From Laetmonice hystrix (taxonomy: Eukaryota), in contig OZ249436.1 of NCBI GenBank assembly GCA_965235115.1, forward strand, positions 31,684,001 through 31,748,000: a DNA stretch of 64,000 nt, given 5' to 3'. The notes under the pieces are model-generated. The model made no database searches. It was not told the origin of the DNA and saw only the letters and a list, made by a program, of their open reading frames with translations. Each line of letters opens with the position of its first letter. The stretch's first letter is position 1. Positions 37,167-50,769 of this stretch are shown here, in pieces. The position numbers and the translations under genes were made by a program.

Positions 37167-38686
37167 GGCGCTCTCGTCACTTCTATTTATTGCCAAGTTG
37201 TTCTGGATATAAAGCAATGCGTGGCTCCGATGTAAATCATCTTCTCGGTCGTCCACGCACTGCCACAGGTCACTGATGTTGCTTTACATTATCGTCAGTC
37301 AGTGTCCTGTCGTCTGGTGTAAGGTGTCACGTTACTAAATAGAAAGACCGGATTCGATAAGCATAATGATAGAGCATTCATACTTGAATCTACCAATATT
37401 TTTTTCAGTATGCATACGAACAGGTCTACATTGATTTTTGTAATTGGAAAGGAAGCTTTGATGGTCTTTGTGTCTTTGTCTGTTTCCGACAACTTTCTTT
37501 TCGATGTCATTACTAATCTGGGACCTGAATATTTCTCGTTTGAGTTCTCTTATAAGCCACTAGGGGCGTTTTATGGTAGAACCTAGATGGCAGCACCTGC
37601 TTGTAGCTTGGTTTTGCGCGGCACGGGGGCAAGAATATTGGCTTTGGGCCGATAATTCATTAGGCCTACGCGTAGGGGGGGGGGGGGGGGGAGTGCATCC
37701 CAAAACGAAAACGAAAACAAAGAAATATTTGTAATACAAAGGGACCAGTTAACACCACCCGGATGCATAGGTTACTTCTAGGCTTAATTAGCCTAAGATT
37801 ATATTAGCCTATTTCCTCTCTTCCTTGTAGTAAACCAGACCCTATTTTAGAAGGGTTTCCTCTTCCTATTCTGGAATTTTTCAAACTCGACGATGGAATT
37901 TCATTTAGCTAGTCTGGTTAATCAACAAGTAGGCCTAGCTCGGCTCACGTGATAAATTTATGGCGGTCGTTATAGGGCCTACCGTGGGTTTGCAGTGTGT
38001 TCACATACAGCCCAAAAGACAATTCCATGCAGCCGGGGTCCTGATGATGGAATTTTTCAAACTAACCATGGAAACATGTGAAAAGCTACATTATTGGCTT
38101 AGGCCTAAAAGAACGTTGTGTAGGCCTACTCTGCCTAGGCTACACATTACTAAGCTGATATGTTGACTGGTATGATCTGGATCCACGACGACATAAAGAT
38201 TACTTAAAGAACGTAGATCTATGCCTACATAGTAGACTATATTGTGTTTTTATATTGTAATCGCCCAATAAAATGTTTTCAGTGGACTTACCTGCTTGTT
38301 AATCTTATATTTATAGCTCGAGTTTTAATGGTGGCAATAGGCTAATGCTGGTAATAATTGCAGTGCTCAGTTAATAAACGTTAATAGACCTATATAAGTG
38401 TTTATTAAACGGTGGTAGGCCCTATAGGAAAGCGCTTTTCAGTCGTTGAAATAAATTAAACGTTTAGGAGGCATCCTGTCTGCAACGTTTTTAAACGATT
38501 CAAATCTCTCCAGCAGCGCTTACAAAGCGATTAGAATGAAGCGCCTAATATCCGTATCATTTTGACCAGTCACTAGCCACTTATTAAGCGCCACTTATTA
38601 AGCGCCACTAAAACGCTTTGGTGGCGCTTAATAAGGGCTTAGGAGGGACTGCAGTGCACATAGGGCACCGGAGTATGAACTGCATG

Positions 38687-39056
38687 CCAGGGTTCCCAGC
38701 CACTCTGAAAATCAGGGAAACTGCCTTGAAATTGAGGTTCCATTTTTCCAGTCAGGGAAAACTCAGGGAATCGGTGATAAACTTCATTTTTTTTAATCAG
38801 GGGAAAAAAGGCTTTTATCAGTTAATTCAATTTGACCTGTGCATGTTCAGTGTGTCTTAAGTTGTACTATCCAATGACTAGGCCTAATTTGTACCGTGGC
38901 CTTTTTAGTGTTCATACGGTGTGAAGAATACACCTCTCCAGACCATTATAGTTAGCTATGCTACCTATAAAATACAAAATATTTCTAATGAAGTTTTGGT
39001 ATTTTCTCAGGGGAAAACTCGGTGAATTTTATTTTCACCAAACGCTGGGAAAGCTG
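38687..39056. mobile_element. MITE
   Basis: Termini CAGGGTTCCCAGC / GCTGGGAAAGCTG with TCAGGGAA subterminal repeats. Confidence 0.55.
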
Positions 39057-42000
39057 ATTGGAGGGGGGGGGGGGAGCAAGCCCCCCCCCCCCCACACACA
39101 CACTTTTCAGGTAGGCTATGGGGCAGAGATGTTTGTGCCCCCCCCCCCTTTCAACCCCCCCCCCCTTTCAATATCCGCTTAAAGCGATCAACAGTCTCAC
39201 CCTATACGCGACCACTATACGGGCCTTCCTATGGAAATCTCAATTATGTTGAATCTGCCACCCCCCCCCCCCCCCAAAAAAAAACAAAAAAACCTGTGAT
39301 CCAGCGCGCACGAGACAGGTTCCATCACAATATCCTATCCATGGGTCACTACCAAAACTACCAAAAGAAAACATAACCACCTCTTTATTGTAAAATATCT
39401 CCAAAAGCACCTTTATTGGAACAGCAAGGCTCTAAAAATACAAAGATGAGCACACATGGTAGTACGTACCGTAAGTCCTAGAACGGAGCTGAAGCTGACT
39501 CGAGAGAAGTCGGTCCGAATGAACCAACACATTGGCACAGAATATAACGGAAATGAGGCGTGCACATATCACACCCGTTCGTCGATAAATGACGTGAAAC
39601 ACAGTCTACCACTGCCTGGGTGCCTTAACCATAAACGCTTTCTCCCGTAACCACGCAAACTAGGCTAGGGCTGCCGAGTCCATGGTTTGTTGTAGCCCAC
39701 TGTGTTTAGAACAGGTAAAGACAACCTTCTATCTTTATTACCCTGGCAGATCTTGTTAACGTATCTCTATGGACTTCAATCACGTTCCATACTGAAATGA
39801 ATAAATCTTAAAAGTGTTCTGTTGACCTTTCCACGCTTGTGTTCAGCTGTAGTATGATTAGAATATAAAACAACGCTTAATAATGACAAAACAAAACGTT
39901 GAGCCTACTGACAAAGGAATTTTCTTTCTTGTCAATAAATAGAATGCGAGTATTCTTCGTTTCGACCGTTCAGACCGCAGGGCACCTTAGCGGTTCTTGT
40001 AATGTATGACGTCAGAAAACAAGACATCATGAAACGATAATTGTTTAAAAAAACCCAGGCCCATGTTCCAAGTTGAGGCCAGTGTATGGGAGCCTTATAT
40101 TCTATCACCATGGTGATCACAATTCTGAAACATTATTATCAACGTCCCTTAAAACTACAGCGCCGTTTATAAAACTCTGTATTGTCAACAACAAATAAAC
40201 CTGACGGGCCAACCATTGTTATTTAGGACAAACGACTTTCTCATTTATTTAGGCCTAATAGTGTAGGTCCGTGTAACATTGTCAAAAGAATACTGAAACA
40301 AACCATGGGAACGCTATAATCAAAACGGAATTATTACCGACAGGATTTTCAGTCCAAAGAATGATGTAAATGAATCATATTTACAGAATTATAAATGAAA
40401 TAAAATTTATAAGGTCCTCAAAAATAAGACAGTAGTCACCTCTGAATCCATATGCTGGTTTAACCTGCCAACATTCTCCAATTTTAGGAGAAACGAATGA
40501 CTCCAAACATAACACAAAACTAATATCTGATTCACTCGTGTTAAGGCTTAAGCTCAAGCTGCGATAAAGCAAAACAAAACTGTAGCTATATCACACACGA
40601 CCTATAGTAGGCCCCTATAGGCTTTTCATAACAATATATTACATTGTCATACATTGAAGATGTGCACACTTTAAATACTACAAGATCATCTTCGTCTCTT
40701 TCAGATGGTAGGAAAGTAACTCTCTTTTTGTTTTCGCAAATATAGGTTTAGTCACCCAAAAATTATCTGGGTGTTCAAAACAAACCCGCATCTTTATTAA
40801 CAGGTATATCTACGGCAGATATGGTACCTCAACATTTTCCAGTTAAAATGACTATAACAATCTTCTTTTTTGTTTAATCTGGTTCTTTTTCAATTCACAA
40901 ATCCCCAAAGGTTTAGAAGTATCTGTCGATTTCCAGTGGTAAAATACCATGTTATCTTCAATCAGCAGAACACATTCACACACAGGCATATATATATCTA
41001 ATGAGATTGACCCTAATGCTCTGTACAAACTGTTAATATATACTATAAATATTAGTGTTGTGAAAGCGTCATCTACCAAGAGATCTAAGGACAACACACT
41101 GTACAGTATATCATGATGAAGAATATTGCATGATCTGTGTGTGAATGTCTGCATCTTTAGCTGGGCTAATTAGTATGTCACAACAAGCTATTGTATATCT
41201 ACAAACGCTGCAACATTGCCAAACCTTTAATCATCCGGTTCTGAAGCGGGGGGGGGGGGGGATGGCTAAGGGTTTGGTAACCTTATTGCTACTGGATGGG
41301 GCCCGAAATGCAATAATGAAGATACATGTATACAATAAAAACATGAGCTTTTTAATCCACCCGGCGGGAGCTTTGGTGACGGCTTTTATACTCCACCCAA
41401 ACGTGTTGCTGTTTCTCAACATCTGAGACATGTCATTTATCTCTTTTGTCTTAAAGCTCTACCATTTGAACATAAGTCAGCATACTCCTACAATCTGGCA
41501 GCAAAGTATATTGTTGTAAGTAAGCTTTGAATAAACTCAGATGTGTTCGAACCTTTCCATTTTACACGCCACTAACAAGATCGTACACACACAAACGATA
41601 AGGCTTCTCTCTAGATCACGTGTTGCTGTAAACTATTAAGCTTAATTCTGAATCCGAAAAGTTAAATTTGTGCAGATTTTGAAGTATTTTGATGACCCAT
41701 ACCACCGCTGTATTTAGGGCTCTCTTTACGTACCTGGTACACCTAATAGCACAAGGTCTCTAATCCTTTCTCAAAGGATACAAGAATAACACTTCTCCAC
41801 GGCAAATAAATGCCACTTTTAAACCTCAAAGCATAAAGGGTATTCCTTAAGTTATGAAATGACATCTATATTTTATTTGGGACAGTAGCATCTGTACATT
41901 AAGACAACGAATGGTTGAAAATTAGTTTTGATTTAATATCAACACTTTCTTTGGGAATCACTGATTCCCAAACTCCCTAACCGGAGAAACTGGGGGTTTA

Positions 42001-42189
42001 TTTTTGGTGAAACCACCATCCTCGCGAAGAATAGTGACTACTGCTAGCCCAGTATCCCCTGGACTCCTGCTGGTCGTGGGCCCCAGCTGGCCTTGCGTTC
42101 CACCCGTAATGTAGCACTAGTTGCACGAACTCCTCTCTAGATGTTCCCATCAGACTACAGAATGGCGGGTTCTGGAGCCACTCCTGACT

Positions 42190-42285
42190 TTACTCGTTCG
42201 GGTAGAATCGTTTTCTGTAGTTGAACAGATAACGTCTGTCCTCCACTTTGGTGATGTATGTGTAGACCAGGAAAATACCCAGGAT
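42190..42285 (-). CDS. TSPAN15: Tetraspanin (TSPAN15-like, TspanC8), last exon
   Basis: TGTTTCAG|ILGIFLVYTYITKVEDRRYLFNYRKRFYPNE-stop; YIT.VED resembles the TSPAN15 TM4 exit. Confidence 0.85.
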   Translation of the reverse strand: MLGIFLVYTYITKVEDRRYLFNYRKRFYPNE

Positions 42286-42629
42286 CTGAAACAATGATAA
42301 CGAATTACAACGATAAAACAACAACAAGGTTTATTGTTCTTCTGATAAACTGCATTAAATGTTTCCAAAATATTTGAACACTGAATATCGTGTTAAGTAA
42401 GCATGGCTTGATCTTACTTTATATCTTTTATTTATAATAGAAGTTATTCTTGGGGCTTTTCCATACATGCAACTCGGTCATAATCACGGCAACCTTTCCC
42501 AGTGGTGGAGCAAACCCTAAGTGAATTTAAACGACCAGCGGCAAGAATACCAAAGAATTACCTTTCTCCTTTAAACAATGAAAGGAAATATTAAATCGAC
42601 CACTAACACCTGGCTGTACTCTATCCTAC

Positions 42630-42749
42630 CTGGGGGATGGCAAAGCCCAGTGCTGTTGCTCCAATAGCATCGAGATGTTCTTCCACCCACATTCGGAAGT
42701 ACCATGTGCAGCCAACTGTTCGGAAGCCATTGTTTCGCAGGACTGCAAT
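42630..42749 (-). CDS. TSPAN15: Tetraspanin exon (EC2 end and TM4 start)
   Basis: IAVLRNNGFRTVGCTWYFRMWVEEHLDAIGATALGFAIPQ|GTAGG; phase-0 acceptor TTTTGAAG. Confidence 0.8.
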
Positions 42750-43092
42750 CTTCAAAACAACATTCCTTTCTCATTCTTCTGAATACAGACACTCAAAGTA
42801 TTCAATTATACCTCAAGTAGGCCTATGGCAAGGAGGATCCAACCTCAATATGTATGATAGACACTTTCTATTCATACATGATCAGTTAGTTAATTGGACA
42901 TGAAATATCTTTTGATAAGTTTGTTTCTATTAGAGAATAACATTGTGTTTATATCCCATTATCCATTTTGAATCATATATATCATTCACTCTTGCTAGGA
43001 AAGGAAAGCTTATTATACAACAAGTAGGCTACCTGTTGGGATGTAGCCTACCTTAGCATGAATAATAAAATACCCTGGTAACCAATACTTAC

Positions 43093-43137
43093 TGTAGTAA
43101 AGTTCCTTCTGGCTAGGTATCCACACATTTCTCCTTT
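43093..43137 (-). CDS. TSPAN15: Tetraspanin exon (CGY motif)
   Basis: TTTTTCCAG|KGEMCGYLARRNFTT|GTAAGT, 45 nt. Confidence 0.85.
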
Positions 43138-43475
43138 CTGGAAAAATGTTATCAAATGTTAATAAAATTGGACTGCAAATTAATCTCTTCGTCATTTCTG
43201 TTACTGTCTGTAGGTCAATCATCGATTTTACTGGTTTTCCTCATCTTATAACAGTATAATAAAGTATAGACCTACTATATATACATCCCCTATCCTAGAC
43301 CTCTGATGTGCACTGAGAAAATGTAACAATAACGACATTATTGTAACGCTTCATCCTTTCTGTGCGCCTACTCTACTCTTTACCGATCACACAGCGTGAT
43401 TCCGTCGTGGCACAGCGCCGACTGGCTTTAGCTTTGAGTAATATCTGCCGGTAGATGGCGTGTCTCAAGTCTCAC

Positions 43476-43595
43476 CGTGTCCTCGTCCTTACAACATGAC
43501 GCGGGAAGGCTGCATGGCATCTTGCCTCCCCGGCCACAGGCGTACTCCTTGTTCCTCTCCCAGTCCTTGGCGTTACCCAGACCACAGCAATCAAA
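43476..43595 (-). CDS. TSPAN15: Tetraspanin exon (CCG motif)
   Basis: TTTTCAG|FDCCGLGNAKDWERNKEYACGRGGKMPCSLPASCCKDEDT|GTGAGA. Confidence 0.92.
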
Positions 43596-43638
43596 CTGAA
43601 AACAAGTTCAGAGAGTAGAACAGCTGCAGACACAAGTC

Positions 43639-43862
43639 CAGTATGATCCAGGAGTTTGATAAGGGGGGGGGGCACCTGGATTTTGATATGGGGGGCACCA
43701 GGATTTTGGATTTTGATAAGGGGGGCCCACCAGGATTTTGATAAGGGGGGCCCACCTAATTTTTTTTTATTTTGACTGTACTAATGCATCTTCATAAAAA
43801 AAAATAAAAAAGGAAATCTAAAGGGGGCCCGGGCCCCCTAGGCCCCCCTGGATCCCCCCACT
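43639..43862. mobile_element. MITE in tetraspanin intron
   Basis: Ends CAGT..GATCCAGG / CCTGGATC..CACT; CAAGTC on both flanks; internal GGATTTTGATAAGGGGG repeats. Confidence 0.55.
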
Positions 43863-44010
43863 CAAGTCTAATCTCATATAAGGACGTAAGCGTTTAAAAA
43901 CATTCAAACACCGGTCCGTGCATTCCACTTCATCCAATTCTATGTGTATATGATTGGGGTGATAGTGCGTTGTTCGGGTAGCCATTCAATGACTGAAACC
44001 GTCTACTAAC

Positions 44011-44106
44011 CCTGCGTTGAATGCTGTCCACCCCATGTTTTAGGCCGGCATCATTATGGTATTCTTCCAAGGCAAACGACAACTGCCTTGAGGCTACCTG
44101 GGCTGT
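44011..44106 (-). CDS. TSPAN15: Tetraspanin exon (EC2 helices A/B)
   Basis: TTTCAG|TAQVASRQLSFALEEYHNDAGLKHGVDSIQRR|GTTAGT, 96 nt. Confidence 0.88.
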
Positions 44107-45268
44107 CTGAAAGTCATACATCAGAAATAAGGCCACGATTAACAGCGGAAACTTTCTTCAAATTACAACTTAAAAACTACTTCAGCCTAACCCTAACCTA
44201 TTGGAGAAATAAAATGGTACAGATAGAACAGACAAGTAATCAGATATAAGTTATTAACACATCCAGTCAAAGAATTTGGCATTTTAAATTTTCAAAATGA
44301 AATTCTTTCTGATAGAATCGTTCATTAGAAGTTGTCTCATCTATTTATAGACGTGGTATTAAACTTATTGCACGTATCAATTTTCATTGCTATATAAACA
44401 CGATTTTAATAGCCAACCTATTAAAGGAACTAATCCTGCGAGCCGATCATTCGGAAATCTCCAAGAAAACTAATAGGGCCTAAATGAAGTCTGCGACGGG
44501 GAACTATAGGCCTACTCATTTGATTACCGGTAGATGAAACCGGATCATAACGTTTGGAACCAACCATATGTCTAAACCCATGATCTAGGAGTTTGGACTC
44601 AACGCCCAACAAAACTGCCAGAAATATCCACTTATCCACTTACAAAGGCTGGTTCCAAACAGTACAGTCCAGAGCATCTTAGGAAATTGCTTCTGACCAC
44701 CTCAATTTAGACATCATTCTAGTACGGTACATGTGCCTACTATCCATGTACGTGTATAGATATGCAAAACATCGATCGCGACAACCTGGATCCTTATGTA
44801 CACGTGTTTATTTATGTCGATAAACACAATACCATACAGTATATATGACAGTCTTATATAACAGTACATATATGACTGCAAGGGAAACCTTTTAGATGCA
44901 TGGGATGAAAACATGTAGGTCAATCAATTTGCATTCAGACTTACCATCTGCCATTGCGAACACAATTAAAACCAGACAGTGGTATTACTACACAGTTAAC
45001 ATCTGACTATAACATCTGTCATTTAAAGATGGAGGTTCAATTCTTTTGTTCTCCTAATTGCAAAGTCATCAAACAGTAAAAGCAGTGTTGACAAGTGATA
45101 TTTAAACTATGACACTGTGACAGTACACAAGTTTCAGAAGTTCAAGTTCTGTATATTGGCCATGAATTATGATTTACTTTATAAGAAAAGTCCGTTTCTG
45201 TACATTCTGAATAAATAATGTACCACCTTTTGAAAAGTCGGTTAAAAAAATAACTGCTGTTAACGTAC

Positions 45269-45343
45269 CTCTTCTCTGTAGACAAAGGCGAGGATACCGA
45301 TGATAACTTGGAGAATGAAGACGAGAATGATGATTGCCAGGAA
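45269..45343 (-). CDS. TSPAN15: Tetraspanin exon (TM3)
   Basis: CAG|FLAIIILVFILQVIIGILAFVYREE|GTACGT, 75 nt. Confidence 0.88.
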
Positions 45344-46776
45344 CTGATTGAAATCAAAAGTGAAATATGAAAATATGAAATCAAGAAATTTTATTCATGT
45401 TGTTTTTGACTTGAAATGTTTAAAGAGAAATGACAATTTAGTAAAGATCCTTCCGCATCCCATTAGAACACGCCTTTTATATAGTTACGAGTAACTACAT
45501 AGTAAACACTAGATGGCGCCGTGGCATGCATGGCATCACTCGGCTGGCTATCAAGCATTACACCGCACCTACTCCCCGCAATTAGAAGGCGATAAATGTT
45601 ACGTATCTGGTCGTAACAATCTTTGTATGATGTGAATGTGCACTTCGGGACCCCAGTCTGTACCCCTGCTATGAGGAGATAACTTAATAACTCCCACAGG
45701 GCTGGAGGAAAGCTATCCAGGCAATTATCTTGATGAAAATTTGCCCAGCCCAGAGACATGACTACCAGTTGCCCGATACTGGCAGCAGCCTGCAGGGATT
45801 CTCGAGCGACGACATATTGATTGCCCTGAAGATTCAATATTATCTTAACTTAGAGCGACGGTGTCTTATTTACAGATGCTGCCCTGATATCATGATGAAA
45901 TAAATAATTATTATTATTGCTGGACAGATTGACTGAAATGCTATATTGGCCATGGGTGAGGGGTTAACTTGGTCAAGTCGGGATGCTGGTCAGTTATCTC
46001 TCAGAGTAGGGATGGACCTGAACTAGATCAGGTTGGCCATATGACGGTTTTTAAAACGAGAAATGGTATGACCATCCAGGTACATGTGCTACCACGGTTT
46101 GCGTGTGCCTCTCTAGAATTAAATGCCAGAGGCGAAGAGCTTAGGACTGGCTGGCAAAGGGTAAAGTGATTGCACGGATCGACACGAACAAGACACCAAG
46201 ACGACGATGGATTTGTGATCATATTTCGCCTGAAGGTATGGGGAGACCATGGAATATATTAACCTCAAGATATAGATATCCATGATTCTTCCATGAATTC
46301 CCTGCCTGGACGCTGTTATTAGGAAATTGTACGACTTTCCAGGAGTCCCATTGACCGCACCTGGTAAGAGTCTTTGACCTAGAAGATCAAGGTCACCCGC
46401 TGTACGCGTCAGGTGAAATTATACTGCTGAGACTCTCATACAGAATACCCATCAACGTCTCATATCTCTGGAATAACTTGGCATAGGAGTTCAGCCTGAG
46501 TGCAGCCTAAAGCTTGAGAAAAACAGAACGTTACCTTTCCTATTTCGGTTTGAATAACTGGAGGTTTTTAACACAGCCAGTGAGTGCTGTGATATTGGTT
46601 CTATGCGATGGATTTCTTGACCTCCCTTTTTCTCCGGCTCTGGCTGGCACTCAGACCAAATATATTCATATACATGAGCACTCATTTAACATCTCAGTAC
46701 CGACTGACAGATCTGTGGTATTTTGGGGTATGCAGATGGACATATTTCTAACAAAAGTTTAAGACTGCTGACTGAC

Positions 46777-46962
46777 CACTTTAAGCATAACGAGGTTCTC
46801 TTTGATGGCGCCGATGATGCCACACAGCGCTGTGACTACGATGAACACCCCGACAACGATGGCCAGGATGGACGGCGACGTCAAAGCGTCGTTAACTGAC
46901 TCGTAGTTCTTGCGCACCGTCTCGATCCATATGCCTATTCCCAGCAAGATCAGGCCGATGAT
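46777..46962 (-). CDS. TSPAN15: Tetraspanin exon (TM1 end, EC1, TM2); upstream exon not found
   Basis: TTTTACAG|IIGLILLGIGIWIETVRKNYESVNDALTSPSILAIVVGVFIVVTALCGIIGAIKENLVMLKV|GTCAGT, 186 nt, phase 0-0. Confidence 0.92.
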
Positions 46963-48529
46963 CTGTAAAACATAAAGACAGTGGCCTTAGTAGGTCTTAA
47001 AACGCATGTTTCTTTGTTAAATAATATTGTTAAAGTACTTTGATAAAGCAAATCCAATAATACTCTGACTAGAATATTCCGGTAGACGTCATTATGTCAA
47101 CCCCCCTCCCCCCACCCCACCCCCGCATTGCCGATTAAAGTCATATAAAGTCAATATACGTATGTTAATAATATGGTAAAAACGATTTCTTCTTTCATAC
47201 GCTGCATGGTTTCACCGTCAATAAAATGAACAATGGCGTTCAACCAGGCAGTCCCAGGACTGTATAGGGCCTACCCTGTTTTTATAAACCCCCCCCCCCC
47301 CCCTCCATCCAAAAGATATTTCAACAATTGCATGATTGTCAAGATTGATTTTAGACGTGTGACTAAGCTGCATGCGTAGGAGGTACGGAATTCTAGAAAC
47401 AAACTGTGCCTTCGTATAAACTCTTTCATGACCACCACAAAAACGGGAACACATTACAAAAAGTTCTACTACGTAATTCCCCTCTTTTCCTAGATCTAAT
47501 CGTGCGAAACCGAGCGAATCATTGCTCTGGCCATGCATGGTCAACTTTAACATCAATGAATACTTCACAACAAGAGAATCATGTCCACACTACCTTACTG
47601 ACCCCCAACCAAATCGGCAGCTTCAGCTCGAGCTAGGCCTCCTGCAGTTGTGCCGTGGGATATTTTCGCACCGATTCTGGCAGCCTCACAATATAAAGTG
47701 AGTGATATTGCCCCAAGCAAAATGTGCCGAGGTATATATGTCGTTCCCTTTATACCATGTGTTGACTTGGAATATTCTAAGGTTTCTGCTTGTAGGCAAG
47801 ACAATAGATCATCTATGTCAAGTGCTACTCTAACAAAAGAGACGTAGTATAGATTGCATGACATACATGTACATTGTGATATTCTGAAATACGCTGACGG
47901 GCATATCATATGTATGTGGCCACCTGTCGATATAGGTCAGTGACATATAAAGTGGCTTGTGATCCGCATAATGAAACGGTAAGTGAAAGGTTCCTGTACA
48001 AATTCAGAAGACGATAACAGTGCACTCTGAAAGCAATAAGGTAAAGGAGAGAACACATCCATACAGTTAGATACCCAGATATATGGAAGATTGCAGGGAC
48101 ACCGGCATATTTTGCTCACCCGCCCTCCCCCCATATTGGGCTCCTGTAATTGATACCAAATTCTCCCAGCAAGCCATTTTGGACCATTACATTACATTAA
48201 GAAATCGTACACAAACTTCCAGATTTCCCTTCAAAAGTCCATCGTCAAATGACGTTTAATCTACGGGAAAGCCTCCATGCAGGAACACAGGTCACCTTAA
48301 CTGACACTAGGCGTGTCCCCCTAGCATAGAACCCAACACCATATCGTCTGCTATCACGAGTTTCCATCGGCCTAAGCTGGGGAACTTGATCCATTAGCCA
48401 TGTGTGGCTATGTCCTTCCGGATTTATCAAAACGCTGTCTCTTCTGTCTTTCCATTTAATTTTCACATGATTCTGATCCAACTATTAAAAGGAAATGCCA
48501 TTCCTTGCACTGTATAGATGTACAATATA

Positions 48530-48642
48530 CCGGTGGCGGATCCAGGAGAGATATAGGGCGTTTACCCCCCCCCCCCCCAACAATTTTTCCCCTAACCGCT
48601 CCCCCACCCCACCCCCTTATCAAAATCCTGGATCCACCCCTG
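48530..48642. mobile_element. Short MITE
   Basis: Termini CCGGTGGCGGATCCAGGA / TCCTGGATCCACCCCTG. Confidence 0.6.
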
Positions 48643-48711
48643 CAGAATGCTTCATAGTTTTAATACATAGATTACTCTTAGAATAAGGGTGTGGAGCAAG
48701 AAGCAACATAA

Positions 48712-50769
48712 AACAAGCTTGTGAAGCTTATAGCCCCCACCACGAACTATGGATTCTTGAAAAAACGATGCACGACTTCAATTGATCTTTGAAGGGCAAA
48801 GGAAATATTGTCAAATGAAACTTTGTAAACTTAGTAAAGTTCTATGCAGTTATATGTACACCTTGATGGCGTTATCCGGCGTAAAGATGCATGTGTCTGC
48901 AATAACTATGCAGTTATGTACAGTTTGATAGTGTTATCCGACATGAAGTGTTGTAGATATGCTTGACCTCGATTGACCTTTAGAAGTCAGTTATGTACAG
49001 TTTAATAGCGTTGTCTGGCGTGAACCAACTGAGTAGGGACAAATTATCTGTGGGTCCAGGAACTATGCATACTTTTGGCACGCTTGTTGCCCCTCATGCC
49101 TTCTGTCAGCAAGAACGAAATCCAGATTATTGCTTCGAATTTCTTTAAATCCAAGATGGCCACCAAGCAGCCATTTTTAATGATATATTTGACCTGTGTC
49201 CTCCTTAGACTGTCCCTGGTTATTATGTAATGTTTCATGCAAGATTAGATGTTGTTATTTTCAACTGGTTTGGAGGTACAGGCCATTAAAATATGCATGA
49301 CCTTGATTGACCTTTCAAGGTCGCTCAAGGTCATGGAAAATGACGCCAAATGAAACTTCATACATGACTTCCTATCTATCAATAATAATAACTGTTGCCT
49401 TATCTTGCACCGTTTTCGAGATATGAGTCAAAGCAGTGTTATGGGGGGGGGGAGCAAAATACTAATATGGCCGCCATGTCGCCATATTTCCTCTGATCTA
49501 GAAATACATTGGCATATACATTGCCCCTCATATACACCTTCTTTCCACCAAATTTGAAAGATATCGGGATCGTTTTGTCTGAGTTATTGTTCCAAATGTG
49601 TTTACATCCAAGATGGCCACCACGCGGCCAATTTGACTGATGTCAAGAGTATCTTTGACCTGCCTCATCCGTGGACTGTCCCGGATCATTATGTAATGTT
49701 TCATGCAAGATTATGTCGTTATCTTTAACTGTTTTGAAGATCCAGGCTATTGCAAATATGCATGACCTTGATTGACCTTTCAAGGTCACTCAAGGTCATC
49801 GAAAATGGCGCCAAATGAAACGTCATAATTATATGACTTCCTATCTGTCAATAATAATAACTATTGCCTTATCTTGCACCGTTTTCGAGATATGAGCCAA
49901 AGCAGTGTTATAGGGGGGGGGGGGTAAAAATATTAATATGGCCGCCATGTCGCCATATTTGCTCTGATCTAGCAATACATTGACATATACATTGCCCCTC
50001 ATATACACCTTCTTTCCACCAAATTTGAAAGAAATCGGGATCGTTTTGTGTGAGTTATTACTCCAAATGTCTTTACATCCAAGATGGCCACCACGCGGCC
50101 ATTTTGACTGATGTCAAAAATATCTTTGACCTGCCTTATCCTCGGACTGTCCCGGATCATTATGTAATGTTTCTTGCAAGATTATGTCGTTATCTTTAAC
50201 TGTTTTGAAGATCCAGGCTATTGAAAATATGCATGACCTTGATTGACCTTTCAAGGTCGCTCAAGGTCATCGAAAATGGCGCCAAATGAAACGTCACATA
50301 TGACTTCCTATCTATCAATAATAGTAACCATTGCGTCATCTTGCACCGTTTTCGAGATATAAGCCAAAACAGTGTCATTGTGGGGGTCAAGAAACAAATA
50401 TGGCCGCCATCTCGCCATTTTGGATCTGAATTGAAATTTTATTGTGATGCATATTGGCCCTCATTATGCCTCATCCCTGCACCATGTTTGAAAGAAATCG
50501 TGATTGTTTTGGCTGAGTTATTGCTCAAAATGTGTTTACACCCAAGATGGCCGCCAAGCGGCCATTTTGAATGATATCAAAAATCTGTTTGACGTGCATC
50601 ATCCGCAGTTCATCCCTGATCCTTGTGTGAAGTTTAAAAGAAATCGACCCATACACTTCTGAGAAATCGCTGTCTACGGACATACGGAGGGACGGACGGC
50701 CGTACGGACGGACGGACGGACGGACGGACGGAGGTCGAATTATAAGCCCCCCGTTGTGGGGGCTAATAA
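48712..50769 (-). mobile_element. DINE-1/HINE-like element with central ~460-470-bp tandem repeats
   Basis: Minus strand, in order: subTIR+IR TTAGCCCCC..GGGGGGCTTATAA, (GTCC)n microsatellite, ~3 tandem units (CCAAGATGGCC anchors ~49151, 49608, 50079, 50542), then 3' GGGGGCTATA + AAGCTT..AAGCTT stem-loop + GTTTT. Confidence 0.7.

Noticed and set aside
37295..37510. 71-aa ORF as the FAM104-like N-terminus
   Set aside because: It ends in a stop before the donor; more likely 5' UTR or promoter sequence.
38041..38095. Hammerhead ribozyme (CTGATGA...GAAA)
   Set aside because: Stem II does not close next to GAAA, and no stem I is evident.
43384..43421. Alternative small tetraspanin exon (SALCHDGITLCD)
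   Set aside because: Wrong phase, 54-nt intron and no pyrimidine tract; 43093-43137 fits much better.
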